Assembly (NCBI GenBank): GCA_905178155.1
Contig: CAJINV010000006.1
Coordinates: 316,398-380,397, forward strand
Direction: 5' to 3'
Source of the DNA: Amoebophrya sp. A120
Taxonomy: Eukaryota; Protista; Dinoflagellata
DNA: 64,000 bases
Shown: piece by piece, positions 48,801 through 57,085 of the stretch
How positions within the stretch are numbered: position 1 is the first letter of the stretch
How the letters are laid out: each line of letters opens with the position of its first letter
Program-made: the position numbers and the translations under genes
The notes under the pieces: generated by a model
What the model was told of the DNA's origin: nothing
Database searches by the model: none
The model's input: the letters and a program-made list of their open reading frames with translations, nothing else

Positions 48801-51800
48801 ACACAAATCAGGTTTGTCTTGCTGGAGAGGACTGCAGACACATTTCAAGTCTGAGCCGAGAGGTATTGGCCTAGGCGCTTAGCGTGACAGACGTCTACGC
48901 TGTAGGAGCAAGAGCATGACAAACCGCCGGCAGAAAGCGGCGGAGCCTGTGGGGTTGCCTTCATGCAACACAGAGACCATTTGTGGTCACAAATCAGCAA
49001 CACAAATTTGCGAAAACGTACGTTGTCAATATGGGGAGGGGGATTTTTCCTTTTGATAGAGTTATTCGGAGCAGCGGGCTCCGTGTCGGAGGTGGTGTTA
49101 TTGTTGCCTCCAGAGGCGTATCAACTGTAAAAATGTCTGGGTCTGGAAATTTGTGATGCTGTGTGGCATATCATGAGGAGGCCACAATTGCTGGCTCGGC
49201 ATGACAAGTTTCTGAGCTTCTAGGTGTTGCCTATTCTGCATGACAAACTACGTTTCTGCATGACAGAAAAGTGGGGCTCTTTGGTAATGTGCATGACAGA
49301 CTTAAGAGTCATGCCAGACAAGCATGACAAACTTGCATTTTTCCAGACCCAGACATTTTTACATTTGATAAGGCGTTTTTCGCGGGCATCGGTATAGGGC
49401 TCTCAAACGTTATATTCTCGAACTGTTGCTGCATGGATTTGTGATGCAAGAATGGCAGAAGGGAACAAATACAAAGGTCGGATCTTGCAACTTTTACATT
49501 ACAACTTCGGCACAGATTTTTGATGTCCCCATGCTGGTAATACCCTTTTTGAAATTTGTCATGCGAAGTAGATTGGCCGTGTGGATGTTGATGTTCATTT
49601 TGCAAGACAAATTCATGTAGCAGTTGAGAAGGTAAAACCGATTTGTGAACGCCATAATCGGCCCGGTCCATGTGTAGGTGGAGAAGATGGTGGTTTCCGG
49701 ATTGATTTTGTCTCCCTCGAAGTCAGGAAACGGCCGGAGGTCGCGGGACGTGGTGTTGTACCTGTGATGGCGAGAGTAGCTAGTTTGTCATGCAGAAACC
49801 AGAAAAAGAGATTCATTTTGTCATGCAGAACCCTGGAAAAAAAACACATTTTGTTATGCAGAAACCAGAAAAAGAAATCCATTTACATTTTTTCATGCCG
49901 AACACCGGATAATAAAAAATTTCTCAAAAATAAGTAGTACTTGTAAAGCTTCAAGTAGCCCCCATTCCCGGACAGCAGCAACAAGTTCGAATCGTAGGGC
50001 GCGAACGCATCAAGTGCAAATATCGATGTGGGTGCTCTGGAAAGTTGCATGCAATTTGTCATGGTGGTCCTTGCATGCCAGACGCTTGTTCCTTTGTACA
50101 ACCCGCAGAACAGCATGACATCACGTGCTCCTCGGCAACTTACAAGAAGTTCTAGTGTGTTTACTGCATGACAAACTGAGTTATTTTTTCACAGCATGTG
50201 CATGACAAAAAAACGGGCCATGATCGTATCTATGCATCACACATCCTTGCTGTCCTTCCAATTTCGCATCACAAATCCAGACCCAGATCGATATTTGCCG
50301 TTGATAGAACGTGACTTTCTGCAACTCCAACGGCAAGGTTTGCTCGCACAGCACCGTCAACGAGTAATTCACCGTGTTCAACTATCCCACGAAAAAAGTG
50401 TTACAACAGTTACACACCCGTAGTGAATTGAGCAACACAAATTTCTCTGCATGACAGAGAAAACTTGTAATGCAGAAATCCTACTGGAAAACACCTATGA
50501 AACGAGGCTCCACCTATGCATATCCGGCATGACAGAGCTTGTCTGTCTTGCTTGGCCTGCAACACTACAATGTGTAACTGTAACACTTTTCTCTTGTTGC
50601 GATATCAACTCACAAAGCTGCAGAATCGTCCCCGTTCGCGCACTGAAAAACGTCGTGGGGTCTTCATACTGTGGGGTCAAAAGCGCTTATAACAGTGCAC
50701 AGCTCCCCCTCATTTGTACTCTAGCATGAACGGCAATACAAGCATCAGCAAGAATCAGAATGCCGGTTTTGCATGACAAAAAATTTGCACTGGATTGTAA
50801 TTCTATTCGGGCAGCTACCAGAACTTGTCATGCACAATAGTGACAGGAGGGAAAGCGTGGTTTTGGTGTTTTGCATGAGAAATGAGAACGAGGAGGAGTT
50901 CTTTTGCACGGCCATAGCGCTACCCGGGTGTGGTTGGCGTCGATGGCACAGCTCGTGTAGCCGCTTCTTTTCACATTCAACCCGAGGTTGTCGGTTGTGG
51001 TTCCCTGGAAACTGTTGTTACTCGTCAAGTTGTAAATCGTCACTTGGCCGCCGTTGGAGTTCGCGCTGGTACTTGAGCTGCTGCTGGTGCTTGTCGTGGT
51101 TTCGCAGGAGACGATGAAAGTTTTATCTAACGAAACCGCAAAACTGGTGATCGCCTCCACGCTCGTGCTCGCCGTGTATTACAGTGAAAAATGCCCCCCA
51201 CCGCTAAAAGTAAAATTGCAAAAAATTGTGATGCAAAGCTTCCAAATGAAAACTTTTTGTCATGCATGAAAGGAGTATGAATCTTTCTGATGCAGAGTGG
51301 AGGCGTGTATCGCATCGCTTGCATGACAAGCGCCGCTTTTGCTGGCGTATTTTGCAATACAAATTTTTGCTATTCACGATTGGAAACCTGTGATGCTGAT
51401 AGATGCAAGAGGGCGAAGGTTTCATTTGGAAAGGTTTGCAACACAAATGCTTCCAAGTTCGGGGGTGGGGGCATTTTTCATTGTAATACCGTGGTCGCTT
51501 GCTTCAGGAAGTAGCTGTCCGTTATCAAATGTAAAAATGTCTGGGTCAGGGGGATTTCTAGATTTGTCATGCATATTTTCCATGACCCATGATGTCTGTC
51601 ATGCATGCCTTAGCATCACAGATTTTTAGAGCGCTTTGTGATGCCTCTACAGCATGAGAAACGACCTCTCCGCGTCGCACAAACTGGAGTCCTCTTGCTG
51701 GTCATGCAATACAAATTTTTTCAGTATCCAGAGACAGCATCACAAGTTTAGAATGTTCCAGACCCAGACATTTTTACATTTGATATCCGTGTTGGTATAG

Positions 51801-51943
51801 ACATTCCGGATACACAAGTACCTCCCCACGGGGAAAATGATGTGCGCCGAGTCCAGAAACTTCACGTGCTCCTGGGACAGCAGCGCCTGGGAGTGGGACT
51901 GGGAGCCCCAGGCGTGGATGATGGAAAAGTTGTTCGACGCCAT
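33891..51943 (-). CDS. CFAP57: Cilia- and flagella-associated protein 57 (WDR65)-like; WD40 repeats plus C-terminal coiled coil; about 44 introners plus several GT-AG introns
   Basis: Reconstructed peptides match my recollection of CFAP57 in order: FLDSAHIIFPVGRYLCI, VEAITSFAVSLDKTFIVSCE, HFGPVLSVS..TCAG..LRLYNYETLELE, IQCAIHPDGYSCAVAFADGTLRMFHLL, KHTSPIADVSFDFQALTMATVGIDGSFYVWD, LFATTTSGTLWSYPFPL, MLIEEINALRRSQK. Ends GFPLMISMQNK-TAA at 33891. A few canonical-intron boundaries (~37200, ~40600-40700, ~42800-43170) unresolved. Confidence 0.88.
33969..34246. mobile_element. Introner family A
   Basis: DR TTCGC; removal gives frame to the stop. Confidence 0.9.
34319..34463. mobile_element. Introner family B
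   Basis: DR TCCCA. Confidence 0.9.
34541..34798. mobile_element. Introner family A
   Basis: DR TGGCT. Confidence 0.9.
34863..35032 (-). other. Canonical GT-AG intron
   Basis: AAG|GTACTT...TATCAG|ATA gives YADK|IKQMEMELK. Confidence 0.8.
35091..35240. mobile_element. Introner family B
   Basis: DR GCATG. Confidence 0.9.
35365..35644. mobile_element. Introner family F (left end GAT)
   Basis: DR TCCTC. Confidence 0.85.
35724..35885. mobile_element. Introner family B
   Basis: DR TTTCT. Confidence 0.9.
36085..36415. mobile_element. Introner family A with internal insertion
   Basis: DR CCCGT; extra segment starting with (AGATC)n at ~36163-36250. Confidence 0.85.
36494..36748. mobile_element. 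Introner family A
   Basis: DR GTGCT. Confidence 0.9.
36857..37076. mobile_element. Introner family E
   Basis: DR AACTC. Confidence 0.9.
37516..38766 (-). other. Long GT-AG intron with triplicated acceptor, octamer arrays and truncated A element (38255)
   Basis: AG|GTATAG...CATCAAG|G gives MEKERQR|FALLQKEHEE. Confidence 0.7.
38065..38205. repeat. About 22-bp tandem repeat ATGATCTGTCATGCAAATTTAA
   Basis: 5-6 copies built on the introner octamer TGTCATGC. Confidence 0.85.
38852..39185. mobile_element. Introner family F
   Basis: DR GGACT; frame restored. Confidence 0.85.
39286..39495. mobile_element. Introner family E
   Basis: DR GCTCT. Confidence 0.9.
39546..39815. mobile_element. Introner family D
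   Basis: DR CCTGG/CCTTG (4/5). Confidence 0.85.
39882..40154. mobile_element. Introner family A
   Basis: DR TTGCT. Confidence 0.9.
40219..40446. mobile_element. Introner family D
   Basis: TATGAGAGTGCACA...TGTGCACTTTCATA; DR 3/5. Confidence 0.85.
40778..41047. mobile_element. Introner family A
   Basis: DR ACTCG; empty site at 52999-53003. Confidence 0.92.
41096..41355. mobile_element. Introner family H
   Basis: DR CTCTG; empty site at 53275-53279. Confidence 0.92.
41485..41772. mobile_element. Introner family F
   Basis: DR TCGGC; same insertion site in paralogue at 53665. Confidence 0.9.
41821..41976. mobile_element. Introner family B (left end TCT)
   Basis: DR AGTTT/GGTTT (4/5). Confidence 0.85.
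42040..42326. mobile_element. Introner family F
   Basis: TIR clear; DR GCTTG/TCTTT (3/5). Confidence 0.8.
42447..42733. mobile_element. Introner family F
   Basis: DR CCAAG/CTAAG (4/5). Confidence 0.85.
43275..43423. mobile_element. Introner family B
   Basis: DR TGTCG/TTTCG (4/5); frame restored. Confidence 0.9.
43455..43719. mobile_element. Introner family A
   Basis: DR CCAAA; frame restored. Confidence 0.9.
43929..44085 (-). other. Hybrid intron: canonical GTAAGT...TAG around a decayed B-type introner (43938-44080)
   Basis: Removal gives REHQAP|LYDLYLTP and skips an in-frame TAA. Confidence 0.75.
44178..44440. mobile_element. Introner family A
   Basis: DR CACCG/CATCG (4/5); frame restored. 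Confidence 0.9.
44499..44645. mobile_element. Introner family B
   Basis: DR ATTTT; frame restored. Confidence 0.9.
44703..44852. mobile_element. Introner family B
   Basis: DR TCTTC; frame restored. Confidence 0.9.
44873..45159. mobile_element. Introner family A
   Basis: DR CAATT; frame restored. Confidence 0.9.
45333..45489 (-). other. Canonical GT-AG intron containing introner octamers
   Basis: CTG|GTATAA...TTTTCCAG|GTT gives NLNKL|VTIKKHTSP. Confidence 0.85.
45638..45847. mobile_element. Introner family E-like
   Basis: DR GCAAG. Confidence 0.85.
45959..46292. mobile_element. Introner family C
   Basis: DR GCTCA. Confidence 0.9.
46339..46575. mobile_element. Introner family A
   Basis: DR AAGAG. 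Confidence 0.9.
46616..46846. mobile_element. Introner family D
   Basis: DR AACAG. Confidence 0.9.
46915..47171. mobile_element. Introner family H
   Basis: DR AGGGA. Confidence 0.9.
47262..47435. mobile_element. Introner family B (diverged)
   Basis: DR AGGCT/AGGCC (4/5). Confidence 0.8.
47492..47726. mobile_element. Introner family D
   Basis: DR ACTGC. Confidence 0.9.
47850..48120. mobile_element. Introner family A
   Basis: DR CTTCC. Confidence 0.9.
48181..48489. mobile_element. Introner family C
   Basis: DR TCCCA. Confidence 0.9.
48735..49058. mobile_element. Introner family C
   Basis: DR GAATT/GAGTT (4/5); opposite orientation to 48181 copy. Confidence 0.88.
49119..49370. mobile_element. 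Introner family A
   Basis: DR AGGCG. Confidence 0.9.
49393..49656. mobile_element. Introner family H
   Basis: DR ATCGG. Confidence 0.88.
49762..49940 (-). other. Canonical GT-AG intron made of tandem octamer-containing repeats
   Basis: AA|GTACTA...CATCACAG|G gives YLKLYK|YNTTSRDL; internal repeats TTTTGTCATGCAGAAACCAGAAAAA. Confidence 0.8.
50008..50306. mobile_element. Introner family A (diverged, left end CAT)
   Basis: DR GAACG. Confidence 0.8.
50383..50604. mobile_element. Introner family E
   Basis: DR TCAAC; very similar to 39286-39495. Confidence 0.9.
50688..50916. mobile_element. Introner family D
   Basis: DR GCGCT. Confidence 0.9.
51177..51488. mobile_element. Introner family G
   Basis: DR CCGTG; frame restored; reverse orientation of 13753 copy. 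Confidence 0.9.
51523..51785. mobile_element. Introner family A
   Basis: DR TCCGT; frame restored. Confidence 0.9.
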
Positions 51944-51960
51944 TGTCGTTAGTAGAAGCG

Positions 51961-52069
51961 TACTCAGTGCAAATGTGTCTGGGTCTGGAAGATTTTTATT
52001 TTTTGGAATCCAAGACGAGTAGCATCACAAGTTCCATCTTTCAACACCCAGACACTTTTGCATTTGATA
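51961..52069. mobile_element. Short (109 bp) family A derivative just upstream of the CFAP57 ATG
   Basis: TACTCAGTGCAAATGTGTCTGGG...TTTGCATTTGATA; DR AAGCG/AAGCA. Confidence 0.8.
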
Positions 52070-53024
52070 AAGCAAGTAGTGGTGACGAGATTTCTTCTAC
52101 CCCGTGGTATTCAGCGTCGTCGAACAACAGATTCCTTCGCGGAGAGTGGTGAAGCTTTTCACTGTGTGAATGTAGTCGTTTTTGAGGCAGTAGTCGGCGA
52201 CGAGCTGTCTTCACGCATCGTTTTGACTTGCTCTATAACATTCTTTCCCGCGCACTGACTCTACTCACGACAGCCGCACAGCTACCCATTTTTTCACGAC
52301 TGCTGTTCCCGTATAGTTCTATAAAGAAGTTTTCATTTTGGTGAACAAGTCGAGATAGGAAAAATAACGAAATTCTGGTTGTAAACAAATTACGAAATTC
52401 TGGTTGTAACAAAGGTGCGTGAATAAAATGTATTTTTCCAGCAGTGCGATACAAGTTATTTTGAGTTCGTTCCTTTTTCCGGGGGGAAGCGAAAGTGGAG
52501 CAGAAACTCTGAAAAAAAGTCAGTACAATGAAGTTGTGTTTCTTTTATTAGCCATAGCCCGCTTGTTAATACACTTACTATCATTTCATAACATTTTGCT
52601 TGTTAAGTAGCTGCCTCCTCCGACCGCTATTATTTGTTTTGCATGCTGATCATGAGCGTTTTGTCAATGACGAATGAGGAGAAGGGGGGGTTGTGGACCA
52701 CTCTGATACCTTGTCCGCATTTTCGGTTCTCAAGTCCTTCTCGGTGCTGCGCCTCTAACGCTTTCACCATGCGGACGGGTTCCTGGAGAAGTTTTATTTC
52801 GTGTATTTTTTTTGTTGCGAATGCGATTTCACGCAACATGCATTGTCATTGTCATGCGCAACATCAATCTTTAACTTCATCTTTAACGTTCCCCAGAAAC
52901 AGCACCGTTGCCACCATATTCTATACCTGTTCCCTTTCCTGAATGATATCCTCCAATAGCACTATCCTTTCCTTCAATGCTTCCACTTCTGACTTCTCAC
53001 TCGTTATCTTCGTCGACTCTAGTC

Positions 53025-53252
53025 TATCCAAAGAAAAAGATTGTAGCTGTGACTTTCATCTTGCTGGAACAGCATGACAAATCCGTCTGGCATGGGACGA
53101 GCAACGACCTGTTATGCGCAGATAGTACGCGAAAAGGAAAACGCCACTGGCATTGAATGGGCGCTACTATGCATGCCCAGCATGACAGACGCACTCATCT
53201 TGCAGGTTGCGCATCACAAAGTTACAGGCTAACAATGTTTTTTTCTTCGATA
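53025..53252. mobile_element. Introner family J
   Basis: DR TAGTC; empty site (TAATC) at 41069. Confidence 0.92.
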
Positions 53253-53292
53253 TAGTCTCGCCTCGTACGCGTACCTCTGCTGGTCTAGTTTC

Positions 53293-53548
53293 TCTCAAAT
53301 GCAAAAGTGTCTGGGTCTAGAAACTTGTAATGCTCGGTTGGGCATAGTGAATGCTCTGTAATGCAGAGCCAAGCATGAGAAATATCTGCGCTGCTTAGTG
53401 TTGCGCTGTTCGCATGACAAAATGCGTGTTTGCAACGTGATAGGCAAAAGGCTCTCTTCTTGGTCACGCATCACAAACTCTTCAGTCATGCCAGACAAGC
53501 ATGACAAACCTTGTATTCTTCCAGACCCAGACATATTTGCAATCCATA
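53293..53548. mobile_element. Introner family A (left end TCT)
   Basis: DR GTTTC; empty site (GCTTC) at 41369. Confidence 0.9.
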
Positions 53549-53664
53549 GTTTCTGCATGCTGTCCAACTCGATTTGCTTAATCTCGTGGTTCAACTTCTC
53601 GACCTTATCTTCCAGTTTTACCAAGTCCTGTTTCTCAATCAAGCAAATCTCGTCCCCCTTCGGC

Positions 53665-53785
53665 TATCCTTTGCGAAAGCGTCCCCATCCCATAGTCAAG
53701 CTGCTGGTAAATCCGCAACACAAATCTCCAAGCTTTGGGGTGGGGACGTTTTGACTATGGGGTGGGGACGTTTTTACATATGATA
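53665..53785. mobile_element. Chimeric family F element
   Basis: Left flank TCGGC equals the 41480 site, right flank GCGTC equals the 45507 site. Confidence 0.8.
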
Positions 53786-53825
53786 GCGTCTCCAGGACGG
53801 TTAAGAACTTCCCATAAATCACCAC

Positions 53826-54094
53826 TATCAAATGCAAGTGTGTCTGGGTCTGGAACAAGGTTGGAACCTGTCATGCAGCCTTCACCTGACCCGTGACGTC
53901 TGTGATGTATTCCCTAGCATCACAGAAGATTTTCTGAGTGCTTCTTGATGCCTATAATTCTGCATGACAAATAACCTCCCCGCGTAGGACAAACTGCACT
54001 CCTCTTGCTGGTCATGCAATACACATTTTTTTAGAATCCAAAGTTAGCATCACAAGTTCCAACTTTCCAGACACAGACATGTTTGCACTTGATA
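53826..54094. mobile_element. Introner family A
   Basis: DR ACCAC; empty site at 45542. Confidence 0.92.
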
Positions 54095-54161
54095 ACCACC
54101 AAATAGCTCCCATTGGTCGGACTGTACACCACTTTTTTCAAATTTGCAAACCGGAGTTCTG

Positions 54162-54430
54162 TATGAACTGCCAAGGTATCGTACTCGTATAAATGCATTA
54201 CAAATCTTAATCTCCACAGCATGTAAAACAAATTTCTCTGCATGACAGAGAAAACTTGTAATGTAGCAGATTCTGACTATCCGCATACTTCGTCGCGTAT
54301 CCAGCCTCTTTCGATGCCGCGTTGCAGTTGTACATGTCTAACTCTCCGTAGTTCAAGTAGATGTGATATCCTGTGCAAAAGTACCGCACTCGTATTCCAG
54401 TCATGCATTACAAATCTTTTTCTTAAAAGC
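54162..54430. mobile_element. Two truncated family B left halves (54162, 54367)
   Basis: TATGAACTGCCAAGGTATCGTACTCGTA and TATCCTGTGCAAAAGTACCG without matching right TIRs. Confidence 0.65.
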
Positions 54431-55199
54431 TGTTCTATAAAGAAATTTTCATTTTGTTGAACAAGTCGAGATAGGAAAAATAACAGCATCCGTAAACAGT
54501 CAAGCCGCTTTTGCTCTCAAGCTACTTTTGCTCTCAAACCACTTTTATCCTCCCTCATGCTGAACTACTAGCACCACAGAAGCCCTTCGTCCCTCACCAC
54601 ATACTGCGTTTTTTGTTCACTCAGAAACGTCGCCGTGCGACAGCCCGTAACATCTTCACAATATCAAGTGTAAGTTAACACGTCGTATTCCAGGTTTGCC
54701 CGTTGCGTGTGCAGTGGTAACTCCTTACATTTGTACTCATCTCTCGCAGCGCCAGCCCCTAGCTCTAAACACGGCGAAGATAGAAGAAGAAAAGGGCGAA
54801 CAAAGTGAAGCCTTAGCCTACAACTTCGGCCACAATTTTTCCGAAGCAATAGAATTGCTGAAGTTCATTCAAAGAACCCGCTTTACCGGGGCAGCAAGAG
54901 CCTGCTTGCTGATGAGTTTGCTGGTATTCCTCGAAGATAAAGATGAGTTCGCTGACGTTTGCACGCAGGGTTTTCTAGCACCATCATCATTGCAGCCAGA
55001 AGCAGCACGCTTGCAACTACTTTCGACCCGTCGCGGGCTGGGACCGCGAGTGCAAGGGAGTCGGTGTCAACCGCCCGGGGGTCCTCTGTAAGTGCTTATG
55101 CAAGGAAAAAGCACGACAGCGCTCAGTAAGTGCTGTGGTGGAGTACTTCTTGTGCTTCATCTGGTGTCCAATTCATATCACAAATTGCACAAAACACAC

Positions 55200-56300
55200 C
55201 CTCCACCAACTGCACTTACAGGCGGCTGATCGGCTTGACAGCTGGATATCAAACTTCTCCCAGGCCTGCGGCAGGCTCTACTTCGCCACGGCGTTGGTCT
55301 GCACGGTGTGGCGGAGCATGCACGGCGGTCGAAGGTTTTGCAGCTGGCGACGACGAACGAAAGCGCCTCGCGCTGCCGCTTCGCCGCGGTCCGGCGGCAC
55401 TGCGTCACGCCGTAGAATATGAGTGGGCAGCTCGCTTTGGTGTCCTCGCGCGGGAGAAGACACTACGGGCGCCGGGGGGACGGAGGATCGAACGACGCAG
55501 GGTCCACCCATGTCTGACGCCGGTCAAGAAATCGCTGGCGCGGGGCCCAAGCCCGGGGCCAGAAAATTGCGGAAGAGCCCGCGGCGGGCGGGCCAAGCTA
55601 GCGATGGGCCCCATCGGCCTGGCGCGGCCGCCGGCCCTATCCGGCCCCGGCGCTGCGCCTCGCCCGCCGGGAATTGGGCCGGGCGGTGGCGCGGGGGGCG
55701 TGAGGCGCGCGCGGGCCGCAAGCTAGCTGGCAGCCAAGCGTGGCCGGCGGGCCGAGGCCAGCGAGCACCATCGGCCCGCCCCCCCGCGGTCCAATCAGGC
55801 CGCGGGCAGGGAGCGGGCGCAAAAGGCCGGCGGCCGCGCCGCGCGGGCACTGCCAAGGCCGCCCGGTCGGCGGCTTCTTCTCCGTCTTCATTGCCGAGGA
55901 CGCCGCCACGCCACGCGCGCGCGCCAAACCCTTCCGGACCTGCAAAGCCCCGGCGCCGCGTCTCCTGGCCCTTTGGCCTGTGGCTTGCACCTGGCTAAAC
56001 GTAGGCGCTGCGCCGTAAACTTGCAACCCAAACCCCTACGCCTTCAATCTGCTCCCCTAAACTCCCAATCCGCTCCCCTAAACTCTCAACCCTGGCCACT
56101 AAACTCGCAACCCTAGGCCCGAGAGTCTCAACCTGGGCCCCGAAACCCAGAACGTCGCTTGCCGCGTCGTCGCTCCGCACCTCTGGAGACCCTTCCAGCC
56201 CTGGCGCACCGCGCGGCGTCCGTCGCGCGTCCGAATAGTGGCGCCGCCGGCTGAGGAGAGGCCGGCGCCGCGGAGGCGCGGGGCGCCGAGCGCGGTCAAT
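55200..56300. other. GC-rich intergenic island
   Basis: Very high GC, no introners, ORFs uninformative. Confidence 0.6.
56034..56150. repeat. Degenerate 21-bp tandem repeat starting CCCTAAA
   Basis: CCCTAAACTCCCAATCCGCTC / CCCTAAACTCTCAACCCTGGC / CACTAAACTCGCAACCCTAGG / CCCGAGAGTCTCAACCTGGGC. Confidence 0.75.
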
Positions 56301-57085
56301 CTCTGCCGTCTGCTATGTTTGTGAGAAAACGGAATTGAAACGCATAAAACGCACCGAGCCACTCGAGCTGGGAAAATGAAAATGAAAAGAGGATCTTGCA
56401 TTCATTTTTCTCGCTTCGCAGCACTGCCACTGTCCTTTGCTCGCGTGATCTGTACTTTTTTAGTTGAGCAAAGACATGATCCTCGTTTCATCTGTTCTTT
56501 GGAACAAGTGCGGTTCTGTCCGAAAACATTGTGAGCGTCCGAACACGATGTTACAGGTTTATCAATGTATTCACTTCCTCCAGTTTTCATGCTGCAGCGC
56601 ATCCAAGACGGTGCGGCCATGCATCTAGCTTTATTTTTCGACAAAGAAACTAGTACTAGAACTAGTAGACAATCTTGCACACATCACATCCACACTAAAG
56701 CAGTCGAATTTATTTTTCCGACTCAGGTGGTCCAGGTGCATACCAGCCTCACTTTCCAATCACCGCCAAACGACAGAGGCTGGAAAAAAGAAAAAATCGT
56801 GCTGGGTCTTCGTGCAAGCATCAAGACTTGTTCCTTTTGCTCCATCCAATGATAATGAAGTTGAAGCCACAAGTTTAATATTATAACACTCCAGACCACA
56901 GGCACAGTTTGATGAGTTCGAAACAATCGTACAAAAATGATTTATTTCTTTCTGCTGCCGAGCGACGTACGAGTAGTTGTAAGTACGTTGTTGTCTTCCT
57001 TTTCGCCAATTATTTCGGAATTCCTCCTTCTAAAATCAGACTACTAGTACTCCCCTACAGAAGATGAAGATGATCACCATCCGAA

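Larger units (their letters stand above)
52300..54490 (-). pseudogene. Partial, internally deleted CFAP57 paralogue
   Basis: Segments match 33350-33919, 39762-39852, 40523-41560 and 45507-45608 in order, with three large deletions, no 5' part and a different introner set. Confidence 0.85.

Noticed and set aside
54696-55500. Plus-strand gene from ORFs 54696-55091 and 55130-55726
   Set aside because: Some protein-like stretches but no recognisable domain, clear start or splice structure; not enough support.
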